DNA of 51,837 nt from an uncultured Opitutus sp. (GCA_964513055.1 CAZENI010000003.1:1-51837); one strand, 5' to 3'. Shown: positions 8,215-18,204, numbered from the stretch's first letter. Notes: generated by a model not told the origin, from the sequence alone. Translations and numbers: made by a program.

Positions 8215-11200
8215 TCAAAACTTGATCGAGTTCGTCCAGGTGTAGGCGCGGGGCTGCTGGTAGAAGGTGGCGTTGATGCCGCTCGTCACGTTGAAGCCCG
8301 TGGTGGCGTTGGGCTGGAGGGCGATATCGTAACGATTGAAGACATTCGCGACATTGACCTGGGTGCTCCACTGGTAGCGGCCGAACTTCCGCGCGTAGGC
8401 GGCGATCAAGTTGAACTGCCGCGGTGGCGGCGTGTAAAGCAGCGTGCGGCGCAGCGTGAGGGCGTTGGCGGCGGTGACGGGCGCGGCGTAGTAATAATAG
8501 CCGCGCTGCTTCCAGCCGGCGGAGAACGTGCCGCCGAGGCTCAGGCCCTTCAGGAAATGTTCGCCGGTGAACATATAGTTGCTCGTGAGATTGGCGCTGT
8601 ATTCAGGATAGCCCGTCGTCTTGTCGCCGACGCGCGTGGCCACGATCACCCCCGGCGGCGCGACGCCGGAGAGTGTCTTGTTGAGCTGCAGATCGGAGAT
8701 CGGCAGCGCGACGCGGCCGGTGAGGATGGGACCATTGGCGTTGATCGCGGCGGCGTTGCCGGTGCCGAGGAGAATGTTGGCGGCGGCGGAGCCACGGTTG
8801 ATCGCGCCGGAGATGAGGTCGGGGTTGGCGAAGTAGGGATTGGCCGCGCCGGGCGTGCTCATCATCGTGATCGTGAGCGGGACGGCGCCGGGGGCATTGG
8901 CGGCGACGACGGTGGCCTGCGCGGCGTTGGCGGCGGCGCCGTTGACGAAGACGACGGTGCCGTTGCGGTAGGTGACCTGGCCGGCGGCGTTGGCGTGGAA
9001 CTGATCGTTGTAGAGCTGCTCGTAGGTGCGCGTGCTGCCGATCTCACCGTCGTTGTGGGCGGCACTGAAACGCAAGCGCCAGTTGCGCGTGGGCGCCGCC
9101 GTAAGGCGCAGTTCGAGCCCGCGGGTCTTGCGGTCGATGCTCACGAAGTTGCTGCCGCCGCTGTTGCCGTTGAGGCCGTTGGGATTGATGGCGGAGCCGA
9201 TGGAGCCGTTGATGCCGTAGAGGTCACCCTTGCCGCTGGTCTGGAAGGCGGCGAACGTGCCCGAAAGGGTGCCGGTGGCATTGTTGAGCTTGAGGCCGGC
9301 CTCCATGCCGATGCCTTTCGCGGCGGTGGGCGAGTTGCCGAGTGGATCGGTGCGGTTGGCGACGTAGGGCGGCATCACCGAATCCGAAAAACTCACATAC
9401 GGGTGCAACCACCGGGCGGCATTCCAATCGACGCCGATGTTGTAGTTCATCGGGGTCGACTTCGCGAGGTAGCGGGCGCGGAAGTTGTCGTAGTGCTGGA
9501 AGCGGTCCTGGATGTAGTCGCCGCGACGCACGCCCGCGAGCGTGTTGAGCCGGCCGCCGAGCCACTGCGTGTAGTTCACGAAGTAGGCGCCTTTGTTGAA
9601 GTATTTCGTGAGGATGTAGTTTCCCGAGGTGAAGGGCGTGCCGAGCGGGTTGAGCGGCGTCACGAGACTGGGCTGCGGGGGGTTCTGCAGGGCGCGGACG
9701 TAGTTCACGCCGTTTAGGGTCATGCGATCGCGCGCGGGATTCTGGTCGCCCCACGGGTAGGGCGTGGGGCCGCCGTTGAGCGACCAGCGCTGCTGCGCGA
9801 TGGGCGTGCGGCCGAGGTTCGCGGTGGTGAGCGTGGCGTTGGCAGCGGTGATGATGTTCCAATTCGCGTCGGCCTGATACCACTGGTAGCCGATCTGCCC
9901 GGAATCGGAGCGCAGGTAGTCGGCACCGATCAGGGTCTGGGTCTTGGCGCGGCCCTGGAGAAAATCCTTGGTGATGACGGCGGCGACGCGGCCGGCCTTG
10001 GTGCGCGCGGGCTGCCAACTGTCGCTGGGCGTGATCGCGCCGGCCCAGTTGTCGGTGGTGTTGTTGCCGGATCGCGGGGCGAAGAACGTGAAGCCGGGAT
10101 TGATGCGACGATCGGTGTAATAGTCGTAGCCGGCGGCGAACTGCGTGGTGAGCCAGTCGCGCCATTTGGTTTCGATCGTCACACTCGAGTAGTCGTTGCT
10201 GACCGGCTCCTGCTGCGCGTTGCCGGCCGCGAAGGAGTCGACGTTGTCCCAGTTGAGTTTGCCGTTGAGGATCGCGCCGGCGGGATAGCGGACGCCGGTC
10301 TGCGGGTGCGTGTCGCCGGTCTGGCCGGTGGCGAGCAGGTAATGCAGCGCGTGGCCGTTGCGCGGATCGCCGGCGGCCGTGAGCGTGGGATTGGTCGAGA
10401 GCCGGCGGCGGTTCATCGTCAGCGAACCCGAGAGGCGCACGGTCGTGGGCACGGTGTTTTGGAAAAACCTGAACGCGAGCTGGGCGTATTGGCCGTTGGT
10501 GACACCGCCGATGTTGACGCGGCGGCTGGACGTGCTCTCGCGCAGGAACGCGACCCGCGCCGCGAACCACGTGGTGCCGACGCCGACGTCGAGCTCCCCG
10601 CGCTTGGAGCCGAATTGATCGACGCGAAACATCGCCTCGCCCTTCAGGCTCTCGCGCAGGTTCTGCCGCGCGAAACGGGCCTGCTTGGAGGTGACGTTGA
10701 TGACGCCGCCCGCGCCGCCGCCGCCATAAAGCAGGGCCTGCGGCCCGTTGATGACCTCGACCCGCTCGAGGTCGAAATTGTCTGTGCGGCCGACGGCGGT
10801 GGAGCCGGGGTTGCCGAACGCGCCCACCGGCATGAACGAGTCGCGCTGCATCGCGGGCGTGTTCATGCCGCGAATCTGGATGTAGAAGTTCCCATTGCGA
10901 TCACCCGGCTGGGTCGCGAGCGTGCCGGAGCCCGCGCCGTCGCTGTTGCCGGTGCCCGCCGAGTAACCGCCGATCACTTCCTCGACGGAGGAGGCCGCGA
11001 CATCCTTCATGAACGTCTCGGTGAAGATGTCCGCGGAAACCGGCAGTTTCTCCATCTCGACATTGAAGCGCGTGATCGAGGCGGACGTGAGCGCGCCGTA
11101 GCTGTTGTCGCGATCGGCCTGCACCTCGAACGCGTTGAGCTCGATCGGCTTCTCGGTCGAACGCGTCGCGTCGACGGGGCGCCGGCCGGCGGCGTTCGCC

Positions 11201-11352
11201 GCCGCCGCGGGGAGCGCGGGCGGCGGATTCGCCGTCTGCGCGATCGACGTGCCGAGCAGGGCGAGGGCGGCGGGGAGTGCGACGGCCGCGCGGAGGCGGC
11301 GCAGGAACGCAACACGAGGAAAAAACGCGATCAGGGGCGAGGGCGTTCGCAT
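8215..11352 (-). CDS. TonB-dependent receptor (Opitutaceae type), 1045 aa, paralog of 3443-6427
   Basis: Signal peptide, IELNAFEV motif, plug ERVEVINGPQALLYGGGGAGGVINV, C-terminus QVNVANVFN...WTNSIKF. Confidence 0.92.
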   Translation of the reverse strand: MRTPSPLIAFFPRVAFLRRLRAAVALPAALALLGTSIAQTANPPPALPAAAANAAGRRPVDATRSTEKPIELNAFEVQADRDNSYGALTSASITRFNVEMEKLPVSADIFTETFMKDVAASSVEEVIGGYSAGTGNSDGAGSGTLATQPGDRNGNFYIQIRGMNTPAMQRDSFMPVGAFGNPGSTAVGRTDNFDLERVEVINGPQALLYGGGGAGGVINVTSKQARFARQNLRESLKGEAMFRVDQFGSKRGELDVGVGTTWFAARVAFLRESTSSRRVNIGGVTNGQYAQLAFRFFQNTVPTTVRLSGSLTMNRRRLSTNPTLTAAGDPRNGHALHYLLATGQTGDTHPQTGVRYPAGAILNGKLNWDNVDSFAAGNAQQEPVSNDYSSVTIETKWRDWLTTQFAAGYDYYTDRRINPGFTFFAPRSGNNTTDNWAGAITPSDSWQPARTKAGRVAAVITKDFLQGRAKTQTLIGADYLRSDSGQIGYQWYQADANWNIITAANATLTTANLGRTPIAQQRWSLNGGPTPYPWGDQNPARDRMTLNGVNYVRALQNPPQPSLVTPLNPLGTPFTSGNYILTKYFNKGAYFVNYTQWLGGRLNTLAGVRRGDYIQDRFQHYDNFRARYLAKSTPMNYNIGVDWNAARWLHPYVSFSDSVMPPYVANRTDPLGNSPTAAKGIGMEAGLKLNNATGTLSGTFAAFQTSGKGDLYGINGSIGSAINPNGLNGNSGGSNFVSIDRKTRGLELRLTAAPTRNWRLRFSAAHNDGEIGSTRTYEQLYNDQFHANAAGQVTYRNGTVVFVNGAAANAAQATVVAANAPGAVPLTITMMSTPGAANPYFANPDLISGAINRGSAAANILLGTGNAAAINANGPILTGRVALPISDLQLNKTLSGVAPPGVIVATRVGDKTTGYPEYSANLTSNYMFTGEHFLKGLSLGGTFSAGWKQRGYYYYAAPVTAANALTLRRTLLYTPPPRQFNLIAAYARKFGRYQWSTQVNVANVFNRYDIALQPNATTGFNVTSGINATFYQQPRAYTWTNSIKF

Positions 11353-11572
11353 GAGGGGAAGGGGTGGGACGCCGCGTCAAGCCCGGTGGCTGGTCCGGGC
11401 GGCGCCACGCCGGGCCGCAGCCAAGGTAACAACTGGCGCGGGCGCCGTCTTGTCCGCGCGGGCGGCGCGCATTGGGTTTTTGGGCGAAACGGCATCCTCC
11501 GCCGCGAGGGTTGCGCTTGTCCGATCCTTCCCGCAGGGTGACCGACCCGCCGGATCATCCGGCGCGGTCTGC

Positions 11573-12685
11573 ATGTCATTCTTCTCCCTGCCGCGCCTCA
11601 GTGCCCGTGGTTTCTCCGCCGTCCGGCGGCTGCTGGCCCGTGCCGGCGAGTGGATCGCGGCCCGGCCCCGGCTCGCCGCCTGGTTCTATCCCACGGATAC
11701 GCGCACCGCCGACCAGCGCTACCGCGACTTCAACGAGCGCTACTTCGCCAATTTTCACGAACAGGAGCGCATGCTCGCGGACAAGCCGCGGATGAACTTC
11801 TACCACACGGCGATCATGCGGCACATCCAGCCCGGCGATCGCGTGATCGATCTCGGCACGGGCACCGGCATCCTCGCGGCCTTCGCCGCCCGCCGCGGCG
11901 CCGCCCAGGTCTACGCCATCGATCATTCGGAGATCCTCGAGCACGCCCGCGCGCTCGCCGCGGCCAACCACGTCCGGAACGTCGAATTCGTCGCCACGCA
12001 CAGCACGGCCTTCCAGCTCGACGAGCGCGTCGACGCGATCATCCACGAGCAGATGGGCGACGTCCTCTTCGACGAGTCGATGGTGGCCAACGTCGCTGAC
12101 CTGCGCGACCGCCTCCTCAAGCCCGGCGGCCTGATCCTGCCGAGCGTCTTCGAGTTCTACTGCGAGCCGATCAAGATCCGCGATCACCGCCACGTGCCCT
12201 TCATCTGGGAGCTCGACGTCCACGGCCACGACTACTCGTCGCTGGAAAAGCACCGCCCGCAGGAGCCGTCGTATTATCGCGGCGTCAGCAGCGACCCGAC
12301 CTTCGTCGAACACTTCCTTACCGAGGCGGAGCCCGCGCTCACCATCGACCTGCACACGGCAAACGAGGCGGACCTGCCGCGCGAGGTGCGCTTCACCCGC
12401 ACCATCGTGAACGCTGGCCGGCTCGACGGCTACGCGATCTTCTTCCGCGCGCGGATCGACGACGATCTCTGCCTCGGTTCGAGTCCGCTCGATCCCGGCC
12501 GCGCGCCGCACTGGGGCTTCCGAATCCTCCGCACCGAGCGCATGGACTTCGCCGTGGGCGACGAGATCGACGTCCGCCTCACCGTCGGCTCTTGGCCGGA
12601 GATGGACACCTGGCGCTGGAGCCAGGTGAAGCGCACCGCGCGCGAACTGCGCGGCGACAACTTCGCGGCCCCGCGCCGGGCCTGA
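11573..12685 (+). CDS. Class I SAM-dependent methyltransferase with protein-arginine-methyltransferase (PRMT)-like architecture
   Basis: ATG 11573. YFANFHEQERMLADKPRMNFY helix, motif I VIDLGTGTGIL, VYAID, double-E loop IIHEQMGDVLFDESM, RDRLLKPGGLILPS, THW-like PHWG loop. Confidence 0.85.
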   Translation: MSFFSLPRLSARGFSAVRRLLARAGEWIAARPRLAAWFYPTDTRTADQRYRDFNERYFANFHEQERMLADKPRMNFYHTAIMRHIQPGDRVIDLGTGTGILAAFAARRGAAQVYAIDHSEILEHARALAAANHVRNVEFVATHSTAFQLDERVDAIIHEQMGDVLFDESMVANVADLRDRLLKPGGLILPSVFEFYCEPIKIRDHRHVPFIWELDVHGHDYSSLEKHRPQEPSYYRGVSSDPTFVEHFLTEAEPALTIDLHTANEADLPREVRFTRTIVNAGRLDGYAIFFRARIDDDLCLGSSPLDPGRAPHWGFRILRTERMDFAVGDEIDVRLTVGSWPEMDTWRWSQVKRTARELRGDNFAAPRRA

Positions 12686-12724
12686 TCCCGCTCCGGGGCG
12701 GCATATCCGCTTCCCTGTGACGCC

Positions 12725-13024
12725 TCACACCCGCTCCCGCCGCCCGCGCGTCTGCGCCTGGTCGACGACCTTGCGGCAGAGGCCCGAGCCCCGCTCGAAG
12801 ATCCGGCACACCTGCGGCCGCCGCTCGTAAATCGTGCAGAGCCGCGTCGCGGGATCGAGCGCGACACACGCCCCGTCGCCCTGCTGCTCGAGACAGCGCA
12901 CGCCGCCGTGCTCCACGACGAGTTCCTCGGGCACGTCCTCGTCACCGGGCCCGAGTTCGACCAGCAGATGACAACACACGCCGCACCCGGCGCACGCCGG
13001 CAGGTCCTCGATCGGGTCACTCAT
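12725..13024 (-). CDS. YkgJ family cysteine-cluster protein
   Basis: CAGCGVCC...GACVALDPATRLCTIYERRPQVCRIF...C pattern. Confidence 0.88.
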   Translation of the reverse strand: MSDPIEDLPACAGCGVCCHLLVELGPGDEDVPEELVVEHGGVRCLEQQGDGACVALDPATRLCTIYERRPQVCRIFERGSGLCRKVVDQAQTRGRRERV

Positions 13025-13030
13025 GCCGCG

Positions 13031-13642
13031 TCAACCGACCGCCCGGTTCTTGTCGCCCAGGATCGCCCCGATCCGATCGAGAATCTCGGTGCGGCCCGCC
13101 TTGGTCTGCGCCGAAGTGAGGAAAATCTCCGGCGGCACGGCGCGCCAGGCCGCGACCTGCTTCATGAACGCCGCGACGCCCGCCTGCGTCTTGGTCGCCG
13201 ACTGCTTGTCCGTCTTCGTGAACACGAGCGCATATGGCGCGCGGCAGGCGCCCAGCCATTGCAGAAACTCGAGATCGATCGCCTGCGGCGGCAGCCGTGA
13301 GTCGATCAGCACGAACACCTGCGCGAGATTCCGCCGCTGCGCCAGGAACTCGGCGACGGCGTCGTTGAAGCCCTCGCGCTCCTTCTTGCCGACGTGCGCG
13401 TAGCCGTAGCCCGGCAGATCGACGAGGCTCCAGCGTTCGTTCATCACGTAGAAGTTGATCAGCTTCGTCTTGCCCGGGAGGTCCGACACCTTCGCCAGCT
13501 CGCGCCGCGCCGCGAGCAGGTTGATCAGGGAGGACTTGCCCACGTTGGAACGGCCGATGAACGCAAACTCCGGCAGCGCCCACTTGGGGCACAGCGCGAG
13601 TTCGGGCGCACTGACTTCGAAATCGGCGGAGTGGATCTTCAT
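13031..13642 (-). CDS. engB: Ribosome biogenesis GTP-binding protein YihA/YsxC
   Basis: ATG 13642 MKIHSADFEVSA; G1 GRSNVGKSSLIN, G2 PGKT, G3 DLPGYG, G4 TKTD, G5 TSA. Confidence 0.96.
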   Translation of the reverse strand: MKIHSADFEVSAPELALCPKWALPEFAFIGRSNVGKSSLINLLAARRELAKVSDLPGKTKLINFYVMNERWSLVDLPGYGYAHVGKKEREGFNDAVAEFLAQRRNLAQVFVLIDSRLPPQAIDLEFLQWLGACRAPYALVFTKTDKQSATKTQAGVAAFMKQVAAWRAVPPEIFLTSAQTKAGRTEILDRIGAILGDKNRAVG

Positions 13643-13733
13643 CGGCAGCCCGCACCCTGACTCCGTCCGGAGACACGCGCGAGCTTCGCGCACGGAAATC
13701 GCGCGTGCGCAGCCGCCGGCGCGCACGCGGTCG

Positions 13734-13739
13734 TTGACA
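13734..13739 (+). promoter_or_regulatory. Candidate -35 element for mtnA
   Basis: Exact TTGACA 50 nt upstream of the mtnA ATG; no canonical -10 at 17 bp. Confidence 0.3.
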
Positions 13740-13789
13740 GGCCGCGGCCCGCCGTCCGACCTCAATCGCCGCACCACCACCGCCCCCGC

Positions 13790-14881
13790 ATGAACGTCCA
13801 AGGCCGCCCCACCCGCACGATCTGGCCGTCGGCCGACGGCACCGCGGTCGAAATCATCGACCAAACGCGCCTGCCGCATGCGTTTGTCACCGCCCGGCTT
13901 TCCTCGCTCGACGACGCCGCGCACGCGATCCGGGCCATGCTCGTGCGCGGCGCGCCGCTGATCGGCGCCACCGCGGCGTGGGGCCTGTGGCTGGCGCTGC
14001 GCGCCGACGCCTCGGACGCCGGCCTCGCGCACGCGCACGCCACGCTGCTCGCGACACGGCCCACCGCCGTCAACCTCCGCTGGGCCCTTGATCGCGGCCG
14101 CGCGCAGCTCGCGCCGCTCGACCCGGCCGCGCGCGCTCCCGCCGCGCGCCGTCTCGCGGTCGAGATCTGCGACGAGGATGTCGCGCTGAATCGCGGCATC
14201 GCCGCCGCCGGCCTGCCGCTGCTGCAGGCGCTCGCCGCGCGCAAACCGCCGGGCGCCCGCCTCAACCTCCTCACCCACTGCAACGCCGGCTGGCTCGCGA
14301 CCGTCGACCTCGGCACCGCCACCGCGCCGATCTACGCCGCGCACGATGCGGGCCTGCCCGTGCATGTCTGGGTCGACGAGACGCGCCCGCGCAACCAGGG
14401 GGCCAGCCTCACGGCGTGGGAGCTGCTCAACCACGGCGTGCCGCACACCGTCATCGCCGACAACGCCGGCGGCCATCTGATGCAGCACGGCGAGGTCGAC
14501 CTCGTGATCGTCGGCACGGACCGCACGACCGCGACGGGCGACGTGTGCAACAAGATCGGCACCTACCTGAAGGCGCTCGCGGCGCATGACAACGGCGTGC
14601 CGTTCTACGTCGCCGCGCCCTCGCCCAGCATCGACTGGACGCTGCGCGACGGCTTGCGCGAGATCCCGATCGAGGAACGCGACGCCCGCGAACTCTCGCA
14701 CCTCGCCGGCCGGCTGCCGGACGGCAGGGTCGCCACCGTGGCGCTGCTGCCCGCAGGCAGCGCCGCGGCAAATCCCGCGTTCGACGTGACGCCCGCGCGG
14801 CTCGTCACCGGGCTCATCACCGAGCGCGGCGTGTGCGCCGCCGAGGCCGCGGCCCTGCAGCGGCTCTTTCCGGAAAAGTGA
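13790..14881 (+). CDS. mtnA: S-methyl-5-thioribose-1-phosphate isomerase
   Basis: [67 protein letters not shown]. Confidence 0.97.
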   Translation: MNVQGRPTRTIWPSADGTAVEIIDQTRLPHAFVTARLSSLDDAAHAIRAMLVRGAPLIGATAAWGLWLALRADASDAGLAHAHATLLATRPTAVNLRWALDRGRAQLAPLDPAARAPAARRLAVEICDEDVALNRGIAAAGLPLLQALAARKPPGARLNLLTHCNAGWLATVDLGTATAPIYAAHDAGLPVHVWVDETRPRNQGASLTAWELLNHGVPHTVIADNAGGHLMQHGEVDLVIVGTDRTTATGDVCNKIGTYLKALAAHDNGVPFYVAAPSPSIDWTLRDGLREIPIEERDARELSHLAGRLPDGRVATVALLPAGSAAANPAFDVTPARLVTGLITERGVCAAEAAALQRLFPEK

Positions 14882-14899
14882 TCCGCGCGGTGCCGCCGC

Positions 14900-17320
14900 T
14901 CAGAACCGCAGCCCGACGGAGGCGATGAACGTGCGCGGCTCGCCGTATTGGAACGTGCCGTTGAGGTAGTGCTTGTCGGCGAGGTTGCGGGCGTTCACGC
15001 GGAACTCGACCGGCGTGTTGGCGACTTTGGTCGTGTAGCCCACCATCGCGTCAAAGAGCACCACCGCCTCGCTCTCGATCGGCACCGTCCAGCTCGGGTG
15101 CTCGTAGGTTTCGCCGAGCATGGTGCCGCCGCCGCCGACATACCAGCCGCGCAGCGCGCCGGTCGTGAAGGTGTATTTGTTCCACAGATTCACCGTGTAG
15201 CGCGGCACCGACTCCAGGTGCGAGCCGACCTCGCGCGGGTCGGAGGGATTCGAGATTTCGTTTTTCTTGAAGAAGTAGCTCGCGCTCAGCAGCGCCTGGT
15301 AGTTCTGCCGCGGCGTCCACATCCACTCGGTCTCGAGCCCGCGCGTCTGGGTGCGACCGGCCGCGACGCGCACGGTGGCGCCGGGGAGCTGGTAGAGCAC
15401 CTGGTTGGGCGTATCGACGTCGAAGCGCGACGACTCCTCGTTCGAGAAATAGCTCAGCGTGCCGAGCAGCCGGCCTTGGCCGAGGTCGAGCTTGCCGCCG
15501 ACTTCCCAGCCGCGGCCGAGCAGGTCGGCCACGAGGAACTGCACCGGAATCACCGCGGGCGGCCGGTAGCCGGGCGCGGTCGGATCGCCCTGCGTCGCGC
15601 GGATCGCCGCGAGGTCCGCCGTCTGCTGCCGCTGCGGGACAAAGGTCTTGCTGAAGCTGCCGTAAAGGCTGAGCGCGGGCGTCACGCGCACGAGCGCGCC
15701 GTAGTGCGGCAGCAGCTTCCGCGTCTTGAAATCCACGTCGATGCCGTCGCGGTTGTCGTCCGTCGGCCGGCTGTTCTCGATCTGGCGGCCGCCGATCAGC
15801 GTGCGCAAACGATCGTTGAAAAACGACGACTGCGCCACGCCGTAGACGGAGTTCGAGTGCGCGCCGCCTTTGCGCACGACGCCGGGCTCGTGGTAATTCG
15901 CGCCGTATTGGTCGCGCATGAGCTGGAGCAGGCCGGGCAGCGGATCGGTCCGCGGGTTGAAGGTGATCACGCGCGTGGTCGCGACCGTCACGGCGCTGAT
16001 CACGTCCTTGCCGCCGTCGTGCTGCACGCCGCCGAGCAGGTCGTGGCGGCCCGCGCTCTTGAGATCGAGTTTGTAGACGCCCTCGAGCTTCGCGGAGAAG
16101 TTCACGCCGCCCGGCTTGAAGTCGGAGATCGAGCTGCGCAGCCGCTGCCCCGCGACCGGCCGCAGGCCGTTGAACTCGCGGCGCATGCGGTTGCTGTCGA
16201 CCTGCTGGAAGATGCCGCGCACCGCGAGCGCCGACGATGCCACCCACTCGCCCTCGAGCGTCGTGGTCTGGTTCAGGTAGTTGTCGCGGCCGTCGGGCCC
16301 GTTGTAGTTGTAGGAATCGTCGGGGAAGAAATCGCGCGAATAGATTCCCGGATACGGCGCCACGTTGGGCCCGAGCGTGCGCGCGATGAAGGCGTCGACG
16401 CCCTCGGGCGCGGGCCGGCCGGTGACGATCGGCTGGCCGGCGGGAGTGCGCACCGCGCCGTTCTCGAGCTGCGGGTAGCTCGCGGGCCGCGGCAGGCCGA
16501 GCCGGTCGAAGAGCTGGATCGCCTCCTGATCGCGCTGCTGGTAGAGCGGGTGGCTGACCACCGTGTGCGGCCGGCGGCCGGCTTCGCGGTCGAGGTTGCT
16601 GTAGCGCGCGGTGAACGTCAGGCGCGGCGTCGCCCGCCACGTGAGGCCGCCGCTGTAGAACTGCTCATCCGTGAACATGTGGTCGATGTTGCTGCCCTCG
16701 TTGGTCGTCCCGTAGATAAGACTGTAAGCGAGTTTGTCCTTGAACAGCGGCGCCGTGGAGCGCAGCACCGCGCGGCGGTGCTCGAACGAGCCGTAGCTCA
16801 CATCCACCGTATGCCGCGGCAGGAAACTCGGCTTCAACTTGATCAAGTTCACCGTGCCACCCGGATTCGAGATGCCGGCGAAGACGGCGTTGGGCCCCTT
16901 CACCACCTCGACGCGATCGACGTCGTAGAGCGTCATGCCCGCACCGGCCGGCAGGCCGTTGACGAATTGCGGTCCCGTATAGCCGCGCACGAGGATCATC
17001 CACTCGTCCTTCACCTGCAGCGCCACCGAACTCGCCGAGCGCAGCACGTCGATCAACTGATTGCCCGCCTGATCGTCGATCAGCTCGCGGGAGACGATGC
17101 TGATGTTCAGCGGCGTGTCCTTGATCAAACCCGCCGTGCCCGTGCCGGTGATGGCCGCTCCGGCGCGATAGCCCTGATCCTGCGGGCTCCGCACCTCGAA
17201 GGGACTCAGCACCACGGTCTCGCCGGCGGCGGCGAGCACGCGGGCCGCGCTGCCGAGCGCCAGCGCGAGGGCCAGGGCGCGAGTGACAACGGAAAGGAAT
17301 ACGGCCGAAGAAGACTTCAT
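14900..17320 (-). CDS. TonB-dependent receptor (siderophore-receptor-like), 806 aa
   Basis: VVLSPFEV motif, IKDTPLNISIV, DRVEVVKGPNAV..G...PGGTVN plug, C-terminus NARNLADKHY...GEPRTFIASVGLRF. Confidence 0.92.
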   Translation of the reverse strand: MKSSSAVFLSVVTRALALALALGSAARVLAAAGETVVLSPFEVRSPQDQGYRAGAAITGTGTAGLIKDTPLNISIVSRELIDDQAGNQLIDVLRSASSVALQVKDEWMILVRGYTGPQFVNGLPAGAGMTLYDVDRVEVVKGPNAVFAGISNPGGTVNLIKLKPSFLPRHTVDVSYGSFEHRRAVLRSTAPLFKDKLAYSLIYGTTNEGSNIDHMFTDEQFYSGGLTWRATPRLTFTARYSNLDREAGRRPHTVVSHPLYQQRDQEAIQLFDRLGLPRPASYPQLENGAVRTPAGQPIVTGRPAPEGVDAFIARTLGPNVAPYPGIYSRDFFPDDSYNYNGPDGRDNYLNQTTTLEGEWVASSALAVRGIFQQVDSNRMRREFNGLRPVAGQRLRSSISDFKPGGVNFSAKLEGVYKLDLKSAGRHDLLGGVQHDGGKDVISAVTVATTRVITFNPRTDPLPGLLQLMRDQYGANYHEPGVVRKGGAHSNSVYGVAQSSFFNDRLRTLIGGRQIENSRPTDDNRDGIDVDFKTRKLLPHYGALVRVTPALSLYGSFSKTFVPQRQQTADLAAIRATQGDPTAPGYRPPAVIPVQFLVADLLGRGWEVGGKLDLGQGRLLGTLSYFSNEESSRFDVDTPNQVLYQLPGATVRVAAGRTQTRGLETEWMWTPRQNYQALLSASYFFKKNEISNPSDPREVGSHLESVPRYTVNLWNKYTFTTGALRGWYVGGGGTMLGETYEHPSWTVPIESEAVVLFDAMVGYTTKVANTPVEFRVNARNLADKHYLNGTFQYGEPRTFIASVGLRF

Positions 17321-17457
17321 GGTGAGCTTGGGACGCTAGGTGGACGGACCGCCGCCGCGCGAGCCTTCCCGAACGCAAAAAAATCCCCGGGGCATTTGAC
17401 CAAACGCGCAAGGTGGCATTCGTCCTTTCCCCTCGCGGTGGGCGCGGGCGAGCGGAC

Positions 17458-17490
17458 GGGCGGATCACCCCGCACTCACGCTCGCGGCCA
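17458..17490. repeat. Dispersed REP-like repeat, copy 1 (degenerate)
   Basis: GGGCGGATC-N8-CTCACGCTCGCGGCCA; both blocks and their spacing are identical to 31459-31491. Confidence 0.6.
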
Positions 17491-17535
17491 TCCTCCCTCC
17501 CGGCCGAACGGCGCTCCCGGCTGGTTTCCGACGGC

Positions 17536-18204
17536 TCAGTCCTTGCGCGGCCGGCGGACATTGAGCTGCGCGATCACGTCGGAAAATTCCTGCGCGATCG
17601 GCGAATCCGCCAGCAGCTCCGCGCTGGCGACCGTGTCGCCGCGCGCGCGCAGGTTGGCGTAGACGTGCAGTTCGAACTGCGCCCGCAGCGCGTCGTGCGC
17701 CGCCTGCAGCCCGAAGCCGCGCAGCAGGAACAGCAGCGCCTCGGCCGTCGAGAAACGTCCCTTCTCCGACTGCGCCCGCAGCCAGTAGCGGCTCTCGCCC
17801 GTCATCGGCAGACTCACGAGCCGACCCCAGCCGCGCACCTCCTGGGCCATCGCCGCGGTCTCGCGCCACGACCCGTCGAGGAGCATCACCTGCACCTGGT
17901 CCGGCGGCGTCGCGAAGTCGACGACGGCGCCCTGCGGGTGCAGCAGCCAGAGTTCGCGGCCCGGCAGGCGCACGTCGTCCGCCGTGAGCCGGCGTTCGCG
18001 CCGCCACAGGAAATGGCGCGACGCGGGCAGCACGCGGTTGATGAGGTTGCCCGTGCTGCTCGGCCGGAAACGCTCGCGGTGGTGCATCAGCACGTCGACC
18101 GCGAGCGGGCAGGCGACGTCGCGTTGCGCGCTGCAGATGCACCAGCGCGGCGGCAACTGGCAGCGTGGACAGCGCCGGGAGGCGTTGCGGACGATGCTAC
18201 GCAT
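17536..18204 (-). CDS. DTW-domain protein (TapT/YfiP-like tRNA-uridine aminocarboxypropyltransferase)
   Basis: ATG 18204; CPRCQLPPRWCIC zinc finger, LMHHRE...SSTG, LLDGSWRE (DxTW variant), YWLR...FSTAEA. Confidence 0.88.
   Translation of the reverse strand: MRSIVRNASRRCPRCQLPPRWCICSAQRDVACPLAVDVLMHHRERFRPSSTGNLINRVLPASRHFLWRRERRLTADDVRLPGRELWLLHPQGAVVDFATPPDQVQVMLLDGSWRETAAMAQEVRGWGRLVSLPMTGESRYWLRAQSEKGRFSTAEALLFLLRGFGLQAAHDALRAQFELHVYANLRARGDTVASAELLADSPIAQEFSDVIAQLNVRRPRKD

Noticed and set aside
17321-17445. Possible cobalamin riboswitch upstream of the TBDR (GGGAA, GCCAC and CGGGAAGG fragments on the minus strand)
   Set aside because: The B12-box and the CCGGTG/T-loop elements are missing, and such short fragments are expected by chance. 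An Rfam scan would settle it.
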